This document shows positions 1 through 11,199 of a DNA stretch of 64,000 nucleotides, one piece after another. The stretch spans positions 380,807-444,806 of the forward strand of contig RDEW01000031.1 in NCBI GenBank assembly GCA_011109175.1, written 5' to 3'. Within the stretch, counting starts at the first letter, position 1, and each line of letters starts with the position of its first letter. This stretch comes from Dicyema japonicum. Lineage: Eukaryota; Animalia; Dicyemida. The position numbers and the translations under genes are program-made. The notes below the pieces were generated by a model. The model was not told where the DNA came from. It worked only from the letters and a program-made list of their open reading frames with translations, and ran no database searches.

Positions 1-695
1 CCTGAAGTATTGATATACATGGATGAAACTGGACTTTTTTTCTATCTTTCCCTTCGAGAACAATCTAAAGATAGAAAAGGCATAAAGCAATCAAAAGTGA
101 GGATCACTATAGCTCTTTGTGCTAATGCAACTGGAACAATAAAAGTTAAACCTTTCTTTATTGGACATAGTAAAAGACCAAGATGTTTAAAAGACTTAGA
201 TTTTGAAAAAATTTATACCATGCAAATAAAAGTGATGACAACGGAATTTTTTAATTTTTCATCAGTCATCTTAGTGATGAATTAAAATGCTACGGAAATA
301 AGTTCTTTTTACTAATTGATGAAATTTTATTCCTTCCAAAAAACACAATTGCTCATCTTCAGCCATAGATGCAAGAACAATCAATCTGGAATCTCACGCA
401 TGGAATGAAGTAAAAGAAGACACAATAAAAATTGTTTCAAAAAACAGGGACAATAAAATGTCTTGATTCATATGCTAATGAAGATATAATCCAAGATCTT
501 GTTTGGATGTGTACAAAAAAGAACTGGAAGAACTTGCTAATGAGTATAATATTTTGATTTTAAATAATTTGTTACTTTTTTTATTCTGATAACTGAAAAC
601 ATAAAAATTAATTACCATTAAATTAGTATATTTATTACCTTCACAATCCGACAGGCATCTAATTTTTTTTGGTTCGGATTAATGAGGGTTTACTG
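1..695 (+). mobile_element. pogo/Tigger (Tc1-mariner) DNA transposon, 3' part with DDE_1 transposase remnant and right TIR
   Basis: ORF 10-285 reads YMDETGLFF...RITIALCANATG..K.KPFFIG.SKRPRC, typical of pogo/CENP-B DDE_1. Terminal GGATTAATGAGGGTTTACTG ends at 695 and is followed by TA (696-697). Confidence 0.8.
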
Positions 696-699
696 TATT

Positions 700-1110
700 T
701 GGTACAATTTATATAGGGAGGGCTTAGGTCGACAGTCCACATAGCGAGTGACTCTTCGATCAGAAAGTCGGGCTTTAATAAATATCCTAGATTGATACGT
801 CATTTTTATAAATCATATATTCTGATAGTTTGGTTGAGAGGAGCCTGAGATGGACATCATTTCCTGAGGACATCTGTCACAGGACGAATTTGTGGATGGC
901 AAGAAAGGGGATAAGTTCAGTGGATTTGTGTGTAAGCCTGTTTATATTTTGTTAATGACGCTTACGAATTTCCCGTTTTTTTGGGTCAGGGGTTCTGATA
1001 GATGTCTTTAGTAAGTTTTAGCCTCCCCTAGTCGTTCCGTGGTTACTTAGTTTGGACATTTTTATCTGGGAGCTATCAAAGTGCCTAAAATGCGAGGATG
1101 TCCCGGTCCC
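700..1110 (-). mobile_element. Decayed non-LTR retrotransposon 3' end (C-terminal Cys/His knuckle region)
   Basis: Minus-strand translation TGLHTNPLNLSPFLPSTNSSCDRCPQEMMSIS resembles the RTGH...CxxC...H C-terminus of I/Jockey-group elements; it has stops and frameshifts. Confidence 0.4.
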
Positions 1111-1114
1111 TGAA

Positions 1115-1298
1115 TCAGACTGAAAATGATACAACAACAACGATTTATTGACAAAAGAGTTAATGAGATTTCTGGAGGGTATTACATCTGAGTCCTACCA
1201 TAAGGCTTGGACTCCACACCTGGACCCTTCCTCCTTTTTTTATTATTAATCCTTTTCAGGACGTTTCTCCCAGCTTTATTTTTCAGACTGAAAATGAT
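1115..1298 (-). mobile_element. 152-bp 5'-truncated retroposon insertion with 16-bp target-site duplication
   Basis: TCAGACTGAAAATGAT occurs at 1115-1130 and 1283-1298. The insert read on minus ends AATAAATC(GTT)n. Confidence 0.75.
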
Positions 1299-2329
1299 CC
1301 CTTCATTAAGCTCTATATACCGTTGCGAAACATCGACTTGATTCCTGTCCCCAGTTTTCGGTGAGGTTCTCCTAATATTTCCTGAGTCAACTGTAAAGAT
1401 TGTCGATATTTCCTTGACATATTCATGATCCCTACGATATCATTTGAAGTCTTCTGTGGAAAATTAAGTCCATGATTTGGTAATCCGTTAAGCTGATATA
1501 ATCCTTCGCGGGAGCCATAATACTCATACAAAAAGCCTAAAATACTCTCTTTACTTTCTTTGATAATAAAGTCCGTAAATAGTTAATAATATTCATAGAT
1601 CTGCTTGAACAGGACGGAGACTTTATTTTAGAGTAAAGAACAGTTAGGATAGTTAATACTTGAACAAAGCTAATGAATGTTTTTTGATTTTTTCTTTTGG
1701 TTACGTAAGTCTCTGTAAAGAATCAGGTTCCTGATGAATTTTTTCACTACTAAAAAGAACTATTTTAGATAGACAGCAGCGAGATTCGATTTTACAAGTC
1801 CACTTTCCTCAATTGTAATTTTTAAATTCTTCTTCAAAGTTATCTATCATATTTTTGATCGAAGTAATCTATCATGACAATTGTATCGAAAGCACGTCGA
1901 TTAACAATAACAATCTCTTCTCCGTTGAGGCAATCTTAAGTGTTTAGTTGCTTCTGAAATCGTTAAAACAGATTCTGTCTTTAATGAAAACTTAATTTTT
2001 TGTGAGCTGTCTGAGGGTAAAGGAATATGTCGAGGATCACCTTGATACAAGGAAGATTGGCCAACTTACGTCCGTTGTCCTTTATTACTTCTATCGTTTC
2101 CCAGAAGCCTGCTGCATAGGCAATTGACAGACGAAGACAACTGAGCTGACCGAGTTTATCAAGAGGCAGCTCAGACCAAGGTCTCCTTTTCAAAAATGTC
2201 CCTGGGGTGAATTTCCCTCTCATTTCCTTTGTTCGGACTCTCGAACAAACATCATCTTCCAAAACATGTCCATCGATCTTTTCAATCTTGATATCAGTTA
2301 CCCTTTCTAGTTTGACCAATCCATATTTA

Positions 2330-2620
2330 TGTTCTATCCTTGCTCACAATACTATCCAAGGATATTACATGGGGTACCATTTTCACTGTAACATCATGGA
2401 CTAATTCACTCCACTAGATGTGCTCTCTACTTAATGATGTGAGAGGTGATCCCAACTTTGATCAGAGTGATCGTTTTCCTCGCCTTATACATAAAGATAT
2501 CTGCCTTATTATTATCCACCCTTCTTCATGCTTATTGCTGGAGTTCGTATCTACTGAGTCTCACGGTCTCATTCAAGATTGTGGCAGCACAGACTGAATA
2601 TTTCAGTCTCTTTGACTGCT
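2330..2620 (-). mobile_element. Relic of restriction-like endonuclease (RLE) domain of an R4/Dong-like non-LTR element
   Basis: Minus frames give LNETVRLSRYELQQ...KADIFMYKARKTITLIKVGITS...ELVHDVTVKMVPHVISLDSIVSK, matching the KPD..IEVGITS / IIPYVMTWDGIV pattern; there are in-frame stops. Confidence 0.5.
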
Positions 2621-2629
2621 TTATTCCAT

Positions 2630-2751
2630 ATGATCCTTTTTTATGCCAGTCTGACACTGGGCACCACCTAGACAGGTAAATCACATGACGCCACTCTAAT
2701 AGGAAGGGAAAAAGGAGGAACAGAGAAAAAACAGAAAACTTCAACCAATTA
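2630..2751 (-). repeat. Isolated 5'-end fragment of LINE family A
   Basis: GCCAGTCTGACACTGGGCACCACC...CACATGACG...CAGAAAACTT aligns by eye with 24335-24450 and with 45950-46010, the latter lying upstream of an endonuclease ORF. Confidence 0.55.
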
Positions 2752-2879
2752 GCCACGTAGCACCACATGGCACACGCGGAAATTGATAATAATACTAGAA
2801 AAAAGGAAAAAAAACGTTAGTTAGTTAAAGCACATCCACGTTACCAGTAAACACTGTTTATGGCGTCGCCTGTGCCATG

Positions 2880-3040
2880 TTTTCGATTATCTCTCCATTA
2901 GTCTTCTCCATCTTTTTCGCTGTCGTGCTCGTTTCCAGATTTCGTCCAGATCGTCTGCATCCAACAGTCGGCCCCCGATCGCTGCATAATCCTCCACAAG
3001 TGTCCTTGGAAGACAACTTCTTGGACATCCTCTGAATAAC
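2880..3040 (-). mobile_element. RTE-clade LINE 3' fragment
   Basis: Nucleotide similarity to 14790-14930 (GTCTTCTCCATC...GTCGTGCTCGTTTCC...CAGTCGGCCCC), which encodes the RTE C-terminus. Confidence 0.55.
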
Positions 3041-3171
3041 AAAAAAAACGTCGAATAATAATTAAATGAAAATTTTATTCAAATAAATAGTTATATTAAA
3101 AATTATTTAATTTAAAGTGTGGTTAACCAGACTTCATTATTCTAATAAATGCAAGTGATATATATCGTAAG

Positions 3172-5696
3172 ATGTCATATTATCTGGTGTTTCTTGTATT
3201 AATCATTCCAAGCAAAGGACCTCATTTTCAGCTCTCAGAAACATTTTCTTAGTAAGAAATTTCTCCCTAACTGGATCGTCCAGTAATATGTATTGGAACG
3301 ACATGTTCACTCCCGGCGAGCCTGTATAATTTAACATAAATTAAAGAAATTTGAGAAAGTTCTCATTGCCAATCGGGGGGAAATCGCATGTCGAATTATC
3401 CAGACTCTGAGAAGACATGGAATCAAAAGTGTGGCTGTGTACAGTGAGGCAGACAGTGCTTCGGTAATCTGATTTGTAACCATTAGAAACACGTGCGGAT
3501 GGCGGACGAGTCTATTTATATTGGACCATCCCCCATAAATCAGAGCTATTTGCTTTTTGATAAGATAATTGATGCTTGTAAGCTAACTGGGGCTGATGGG
3601 GTATGGGTTCGGTTTACACGAGGTCCACCCGGGATATGGACTCTTGTCAGAGAACATGGATTTCTGCAAGGCACTTGATGCTGAAGGGATTACTTTCATT
3701 GGGCCAAATCCCAAGGCTATTCGAGCAGTGGGGGATAAAATAGAGAGCAAGAGAGTAGCTGCTAAGGCAAACGTCAACTGTATCCCTGGGTTCTCGGGGG
3801 AAGTTAAAAACGCTGACCATGCCGTTGAAATTGCTCGCCAAATCGGTACCCCTAGTTAACGATGGTAGGATATCCCGTCATGATAAAGGCCTCAGCTGGG
3901 GGTGGTGGGAAAGGAATGCGAGTTTCATGGGACGATGAAGAAACTCGGTTAAACTTAGCATTATTCCAGCCAAAATTACAAACTGTGTCACCAAGAAGCC
4001 TCCGTGATGTTCCTAGACGACAGATTACTCATAGAGAAGTACATCACATCCCAGCGACACATAGAAGTTCAGGTAGTCACGTGGTACAATTGTAGTTATT
4101 GGCGGATAACTACGGAAATTACATCCATTTAAATGAACGGGAGTGTTCGATTCAACGGAGAAACCAGAAGGTTGTGGAAGAAGCTCCCAGGTAGACTGAT
4201 TGGTGGATGGTAGTCCATTCGTTGACTCTGAAATGAGGAAGAGTATGGGGGAACAGGCGATCGCTTTGGCGAGGGCTGTTGGGTACACAAGTGCTGGTTA
4301 CTTCGATGATCTATTTTTAGGAACGTGTGAGTTCTTGGTGGACTCTGAACGGAATTTTTACTTTCTGGAGATGAATACCCGCCTTCAGGTGGAGCATCCA
4401 ATCACAGAATGCATAACTGGGATCGACATTGTCCACCAAATGTTGAGGGTGGCCAAAGGTACCACGTGGGTTTACATAGGCAACAAACTGCTCCACAAAC
4501 AGTCCGACATCCCTGTAAAGGGATGGGCTATAGAGTCACGTGTGTATGCTGAGGATCCTTACAAGTCGTTCGGGATGCCCTCTATTGGAAGACTTTATAA
4601 GTATCTTGAACCCACTCACGTGGATAATGTAACCCACGTGAATTACTGTTAGATCCGGTGTGACAGTGGAATTACTGAGGGATCGGAAATATCGGTCTAC
4701 TACGACGCCATGATTTCTAAGGTTGTGTCAAGTTTTATACTTTAGTTGATCTCTTACGGAAACACACGTGATCAGGCTATCAAGACGATGGTAAATGCGC
4801 TTGACTCTTACGTGATTTGCGGTTTCCTTGAAATTGTTATTTTTAGGGGTCACTCATAATGTGTCATTGCTGTGTGATATTATGGATGATGAGAAGTACA
4901 GAACGGGGGATACGACCACCAACTACCTACATGAGGCGTATCCTCAGGGATTCAAGGGTTGTAGTCCGAGAGTCAATTTAGGTCGCAATTTGAGTGAGGA
5001 TGAGTACCTTACTACCGTGGCTGTGGCTTCTGCTTTGAAATGGGAGTCGTTAAGTGCGATCAATTTTTCTCCAATTAAGCCGACCGGTGCTAAATTCTCA
5101 GTGAAAACGGAAAATGGGAAGGATTATTCGGTCTCTGTCCAAAAGAATGGAAGATGTTCTTATAATGTTGGAGAATGATGGACTTTTAGGTTTCTGTGGA
5201 TGGAAAGGAGTTGAATGTGGAGTGTGAGTTAAGAGGTGATGTTCTGACGCCTGTAAAGGTGGATGGGAGAGCTAGAATGTACCAACTATTGGGAATGGAG
5301 GCCAATGGGATCACGGAATTGCAGTATAAGGGGACAAAGGTGGAGATTTGTGCTTAAATAGATAAAAATGGACGTGATTGAGGAGAGGTTTGCCAGACTA
5401 GGGAAATACATGAAGGAAAGACCGGTGGAGGCCGAGAGCAAGTCCGTGAAATGTCCAATGCCAGGTCTTCTACGACAAGTTTTGGTGGAAATTGGCCAAT
5501 TGGTGGTGATTTATTGGATATGGTAGGTTAACAAGGGGATGGAGATTTGTGTGGTGGAGTCTATGAAGATGCAGAATAGTCTGAAGGCTGATTATGACGG
5601 GAAAGTTTGTGTTGATGTGATTGGTAGGTTAAGAATGTTATGTTTAAATCGGGGGATTCAGTGAATGAAAATGAGGTTATTGTTGAAATTGAGTAA
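3172..5696 (+). CDS. PCCA: Propionyl-CoA carboxylase alpha chain (biotin carboxylase plus biotinyl domain), mitochondrial; 17 confident mini-introns plus 1 tentative
   Basis: Spliced protein contains [107 protein letters not shown] and biotinyl VESMKMQN, ending TAA at 5694-5696. Introns: 3324-3346, 3464-3486, 3601-3622, 3846-3868, 3948-3969, 4073-4095, 4191-4213, 4297-4320, 4459-4479, 4629-4652, 4722-4745, 4822-4846, 4958-4981, 5167-5189, 5340-5361, 5503-5526, 5605-5627. The start at 3172 and first intron 3187-3212 are tentative. Confidence 0.95.
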
Positions 5697-5789
5697 TTAT
5701 TTGACTTTGGTGGTTGTTTTTCAGTCATTATTATTTGGGGTTATTTGAGTAATAATATTTAATGATTTCGAGATTTAAATGTAAGGGGG

Positions 5790-6790
5790 ACATTATTCTT
5801 TAAGCCATTTTCTGGATCTTTCTTTATGTTCCCATTCAGTCTTGTTGGGATTGAGTTTTTTATCATCCGATCAAATCCTCAAAAAAATACCCAGGAGGTT
5901 ATTAAATTTCCCTCATTAAAATAATAGGAGTGTTGGCCGTAAGTGAGGAGTAGTATGGCGTTGAATGCATATTAGGTAAAGTTAATGTACAAGAACACCA
6001 ATGTGTTCCATAGATAGGCACGAGACTTCCAAGTTATCCCATCTGTTTGAGATTACGTCATACCAGCTTGGCATCTGCTGAGTCGCCTCATAGAGTTCCA
6101 ACAGAATCAGTGATCATTTCTAATGTCCTGATAAATTTGAGGTAAATAAAACACCTCGCATCTAAGGTGGGGAGACTATCACCTCGAATAAGTCCTCTCC
6201 ATCTTTTATTTCTCCATGATTGGATTCTTAAAAGATAGCAGTTGAGACCCCCAGTTTTACATTAAAGCCAAGCAGAGCACTCCCAATTCGATTGGACGAC
6301 CGATAAAGAAAGTTAATTAGGATGCATGTAGTACGAACCTTAATGTGGTCCCTAATAACGACTTCTTACCATATGTTTCTACAAATGTAGGAAATAGCAC
6401 GTTAATTTAATGGGGACAACGTGAAGGACCTTGCATGATCACCAAAAAACTCGTCTCTAATATATAATGATATTCGAATTTCGATTTAGATGTTAACTCA
6501 AGAGATTACGGTCAGCTTCACGTAGGTCCCCTCATATTTACACTGCAGATGACATTCTTTCTCTTCGACTGACTAGGCAACACTCCTGCATGATAGGGAC
6601 TTTACTTCAAGGCTCATTTCAATCAGTGTCTTGTATCACTTCTAGTGATGACTTCAATCTTATGTACTTTTATAATGCAATTGATATGAGTCATCGATAA
6701 ATCTTGAACACAAAAAGACATAATGACTCTTCCAAGGAAATAATGAGGGGATACTCTCAATCAGTCGCAAATGTCAATCCCCCACTAACA
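5790..6790 (-). pseudogene. Highly decayed RTE-like reverse transcriptase relic
   Basis: Minus frames with many stops give GLIRGDSLPTLDARCFIYL (cf. GxPQGDSLSPxLFxxYL) and YAFNAILLLTY (cf. YNAFVKPILLYN). No clean spliced model could be built. Confidence 0.3.
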
Positions 6791-6849
6791 TATAAAATTA
6801 TTTACACCGACATCAGGAACTATGTCCGGGCAGGAAAAAAATGTCTCTA

Positions 6850-7400
6850 GGTCTCCCTAGCCTTTTAAGGAAAGGTGATGTTTACGGAGTATTCGTGCAA
6901 GGGACAGTCTGAATTTTCTGGGCAGAGAGGATTCAGATGAATTGATTAAGGGTGGGGTATCGAGGTGTTTGTTGTCCTTTAGCTTTCTAATTGTGCGGGT
7001 GGATACGAAGTTGTTTATTTTGTTTGTCCACGTCCGCCTGACTAATAGAGTTCTATGTAGGTCAAAGACAGTTCTTCGGATATTCCTAGTTTCCAGACTC
7101 AAGGAGCGAAACAGTCTGGTGGTGAGAATCCAAAGACTGCTGCAGAAACTGTAAGATCACAACTACAAATAATCGGCAAGGATCCTCGTTTCCGAGGGTA
7201 GATGGTGATGAGGGTTGATCTTATGCATCCTATAATGGTTCGCAAAGCGGAGTTTTGGATTAATGAGAGCTTCTGGTTTAGATTGTGACAGGAGTAGGAT
7301 ACCCAGCTAGAGCAGGCGTAATTGAGCGTGGTCCTGAAGAACTGTATTTTAGATATTCGTCAGGGATTCTTTGTTGTGGAAAATCGAAAATAACCTCTTC
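6850..7400 (-). mobile_element. Non-LTR retrotransposon (I/Jockey group) post-RT C-terminal fragment
   Basis: Minus translation QKLSLIQNSALRTIIGCIRSTLITHLPSETRIL...RLSLARILRKHH. Confidence 0.55.
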
Positions 7401-7959
7401 ACTTAAAGTGTGTTGCCTGTATTTAAACAATGAATGATGAACAGAGAAATACTATTTCATTAATTCCATAATTGACTAAATGTCTGTCTTCATTCTTTTC
7501 CCTATGTATTCTCCAACTTTACAAGAATCTTATTAAAATCAGCATTCTTTAACAAATATTTGCATTTGCCTTGGATATTGCAAATTTTTTTTATTAATTT
7601 AATTTAAAATATTCGTTAATAAATTAGGTCAGGATACGTCTTCCCATGCCATTTTTGTAAAAAAGACCATTTTCTGTAAGAATTACAAACCGAAATACAC
7701 TCATCAAGTTGAGCATTCTGAATCCGTGTCTCTTTTGAATCTATCCAAGAATCCATTAGAATTTTTGACATGTCTACTACCTCCATCCATTCAACCAACT
7801 ACTCTTGAAGCTTTGGTTTATGTGCAGTTTTGAAACACCGCTGATAATTTTTTGAATTTTTTAAAATAATTTCCTTCTTCAGTAAAAAATTATTTTATTT
7901 TCGATATTGTCTTTGGATACATTTTTAGGTTTATGAATGTCCTCACTGAATGGACAGCG

Positions 7960-8900
7960 GCCTCTATCCCAAGCGAATACCGACGCCTAATTGAGGGGGA
8001 TTCAAGAATTTTGTGACTAGTGGAATAGATTGTCTGGAGGCAATTTTAGCAGCCAGTCTTCTGAAGACAAACCCGACCGCGACTGGTCGTACTCCGCCTC
8101 CCTTATTATCAAAAACTATCAAATTGGCGGGGAACAGGACATGGCGGATAACTTCGGGAAGAACTCCAGACATGATCCGATTCATAAGTGAAGTAATTGA
8201 ATTCGTAAGACAAAGTATCTGGTCTCCTACGGACAAAGAGGTTAGATCCTTCAGGTTGCCAGGTCTCATTCCGTCGAGCCTGCCACTGCTACTAGATGCA
8301 AAATTCCGTATTGCGAGAAGAACTTCATCGTTTAATGCAATCATGGGACTCACTCCGGATGGGGGCCGACTTGGCGTAGGTTTTGAGGTGGCAGTGGATG
8401 CTTGTTCAGTAAAATATTGTAAGCGTTTGGAGTCGGTTTTCGTGGTCCACTCGAGGAAAGTTCCTGATGGCTGCGCGGGTGCCACCTTCGATTAACTTCG
8501 ACCGGACAGTTCTCTTGAGACGGAGCACATTCGACTTCCTCGTTGTGACCACGTGTCTTCCTCGTACGGTTAAAAGCCATGGGACAACTGGGGATGTGGA
8601 TACCTCCAAAAAAAGAGCGAATGTTGGTCCTCATGGTGGTAGCGAGAGACTCCTTTCTGTGACCATCTCGATCAAGTCCCAGTGCGGAAGGCGCAAAACT
8701 GAATAAGCGCATTTAATCATGTACTGCGTTAGTCCGGAGGGCATCTTCGATCGTTTTAGAAAGGGTTGGCTTGAGCAATTCCAAGCAAGCGAGTCCAATG
8801 TGAAAGTACCAAAACTTCCAGTTTTTGCAGTTATGAAAAACCTTCCAAGGAGAAGGTAAAACGGTGTTAGTCTCCCTCGTTCAGGACTAGTCATAAGTAG
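7960..8900 (-). mobile_element. CRE/SLACS-clade non-LTR retrotransposon fragment (N-terminal RT)
   Basis: ORF 7964-8485 reads GRLDGMRPGNLKDL...KGGGVRPVAVGFVFRRLAAKIA...PPQLGVGIRLG, a CRE RT signature. Confidence 0.75.
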
Positions 8901-9203
8901 TCATTCTTCTATTGGATAGGAAAGGCGATGAAGATGATTTTCCTGGCACGTGGTCATAGAATTAGTGTTCAGCAATTCATTCAACCAGTGAAGCATTAAA
9001 CAGTAACGAAAACAAAAGTGATCCTCGTGACACGCCATTGGGAAGGAATTTTGAAAAAACAACATGATTTTGTTATTACTCTTAGTGAATATGAAAGATT
9101 TTATTAAACCAGTTTTTCATTAAATATTATTTAAATAAAATTAAAATATTTAAATTTTTTGTTTGTGGACATAGTATTTAATAAGGGGTTCCTCAAACCA
9201 CAG

Positions 9204-9818
9204 ATGCTGAGAATATGTAATAAAATTGATAAATTCATATTTTTGTTAAATCATCGGTTTTTTTCGATGTATAAGATCCCCAAAGTCCTTCCAGGGACGG
9301 TGATTTACGAAAGCAATTTCCCTATAAATATCCGACTTTTATCGTACCTCGGTCTCTTCTCAGTCTCAGGATACGTCGTGTTGGGCCTGAACATCTTGCA
9401 AATGGAAGTTCTAACAAAATCTGAGAATGAAGGCTACATTCAACGAATTAGTCACCTAATTTCCAATAACAAAAAGTCTTGGAGTTTTTTGGCGTTCACG
9501 TGTGGTTAAAGATGACTTTAATTGTTAGCATTCCTGATGGCCGGAGCCTTCGCTTTTTTGCCCCACAGAATTATCAAGTCAATTACACTCTTAGACAACA
9601 AGAATGTGAGAATTGAAACTTTTTTTATTCTGAAAAAATATGCCGGATTTGATTCTCCAATTGAAAAGATCTCTTTTTTGATGAGGAGGAGTGCTGATGT
9701 GAGGTACTTCACGTGCGTTGTTAAGGATAGGAAGTGGAAGTTCTTTCTTAGCAAAAGCGCTAATTATTGCAATTTAAATTACTTTGATAACTATTTTGCC
9801 TTGAATAGAATGATTTGA
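9204..9818 (+). CDS. TMEM223: TMEM223-like mitochondrial inner-membrane protein, one 24-nt intron (9505-9528)
   Basis: Joining ORFs 9159-9509 and 9522-9818 via GTTAAAGATGACTTTAATTGTTAG gives ~196 aa with two hydrophobic segments. The C-terminus HRIIKSITLL..VRIETFF..PIEKISF..VKDRKWKFFLSKSANYCNLNYFDNYF resembles TMEM223 (RSVRSVVL..V.LTT..P...VSC..VKGRRFYFLLDKTG.FPNTKLFDNT). Confidence 0.65.
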
Positions 9819-9859
9819 CTTATTTGCTGTGTCCGTGGTGGTTGTAGGAGTGGGGGGTT

Positions 9860-10900
9860 CGTTCTAGACAAGTTAATGGCTAATTGGTCGGAGGTTGAGG
9901 TCGTGTCCTTTATTGCACGGAATGTCTATTTGGTTTCATGGTGGATGAACCCTTTGTCTAAGGAAAAGTACTTGGAAGACATCGAGAGTTCTGAAGAGAG
10001 AAGGCACGGAGTATCTGGTTTACATCCCGTCCATTACAGTACAAACTCAGACTGTCCTGTGGAGGAAGCTGGCTAAATATTCTGCGTTTGGGGACCGTTT
10101 TAGTTTTGTCCCAATTACATTTGAGACTTCAGTTTCCCTGAAATTCTTGCCAAACACAACAGGAGCTGTAATTAGACAGCTTTTGTTTTTCTCAAGAGCC
10201 TGGGATGTCTGGCCACTCCGAAGCCATGATGTCCTCGACACCCAGTGGTTTCTCCAATTGATCTCGATATCTGTCGTAAGGGCTAACCTCACATCGGGGA
10301 TAAATAATCGGAATTTAAATATTTTAATCCATTAGAGCCGCGACATTGTATTATCCGAGATACTAGTCTCCCAGGCTCTGCAGACAGCTGAGGTCTTCAC
10401 GTCCCCTAGTGCCCCGTTTACTTGTTTCAAATCTCCATTAAGAACTTTGGGAATCGTTTATACGCGGACAGTCTCTGAACTTTTTCCCAGACGTTTAAGA
10501 TTTCTTCCATGATAATGTTGCTGGATATCTCGTTTCATTCTTAATGTGACCAAACAGGCTAGCGCATCTTTACTTTCATGGTGCTCAGACGTCTGGAGGA
10601 GCATCACTCCTTACACGCATTGTCCACTTCAATCCAAGAGAGACCCAAGTCGATTCCTATGAAAGTTGAACCTTTTTTCCATCGGTTTTCTAGATTCAGA
10701 TGTTACAGATTTATGCGTAAGGATCGTTTCAGGAAAGCCTCATGCAATCTGAGTCGGAGTGATAGCAGACTGGACGCCTTTGGATCCGTCCTTTCAAAAG
10801 CTTTTGCATAATCACCGTGTTCACCTTTGTCGACACATTGACATTCTCAAATACAAACTTGACTATATTTATCCACAACTTTCTGATAGACCATAATTTT
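9860..10900 (-). pseudogene. Decayed RTE-like endonuclease/RT relic
   Basis: One long minus frame with sparse stops (VYQKVVDKYSQVCI*EC...) followed by KGHDLNLRPISH, resembling the EN-RT layout of the RTE at 39874-42410. Confidence 0.4.
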
Positions 10901-11199
10901 TGCACAAAAATAGGTGGATATGCCGCACTCATCATTACAGTCACTATTTTTTTATTTTTGTCTACAAAATATAAACTATTTTGACTTGTAAATTTTTTTA
11001 AAATAATTTGTTAAATTTACTATTTGGATATGAAAAAAAAGTTTTAAAATTTTTAATTGTTATTTAGAGGTCAATAAGCGTTAACACAGTACATTATCAA
11101 TACGCTGCGCATGTCATTTTGCAACTGCTTCTAATCTTTTTTATGCTTTCATTAATTTGCAACATTCTTTTGATTTGAAAATGTTCTAGAGAGATTGAA

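Noticed and set aside
5790-6790. Possible intron-containing gene, or TGA=Trp recoding (e.g. VKDLA*SP on plus, RRVFW*SC on minus)
   Set aside because: No consistent spliced frame could be built. Motifs fit a decayed RT better, and two well-supported genes here end in TGA, so the code is standard.
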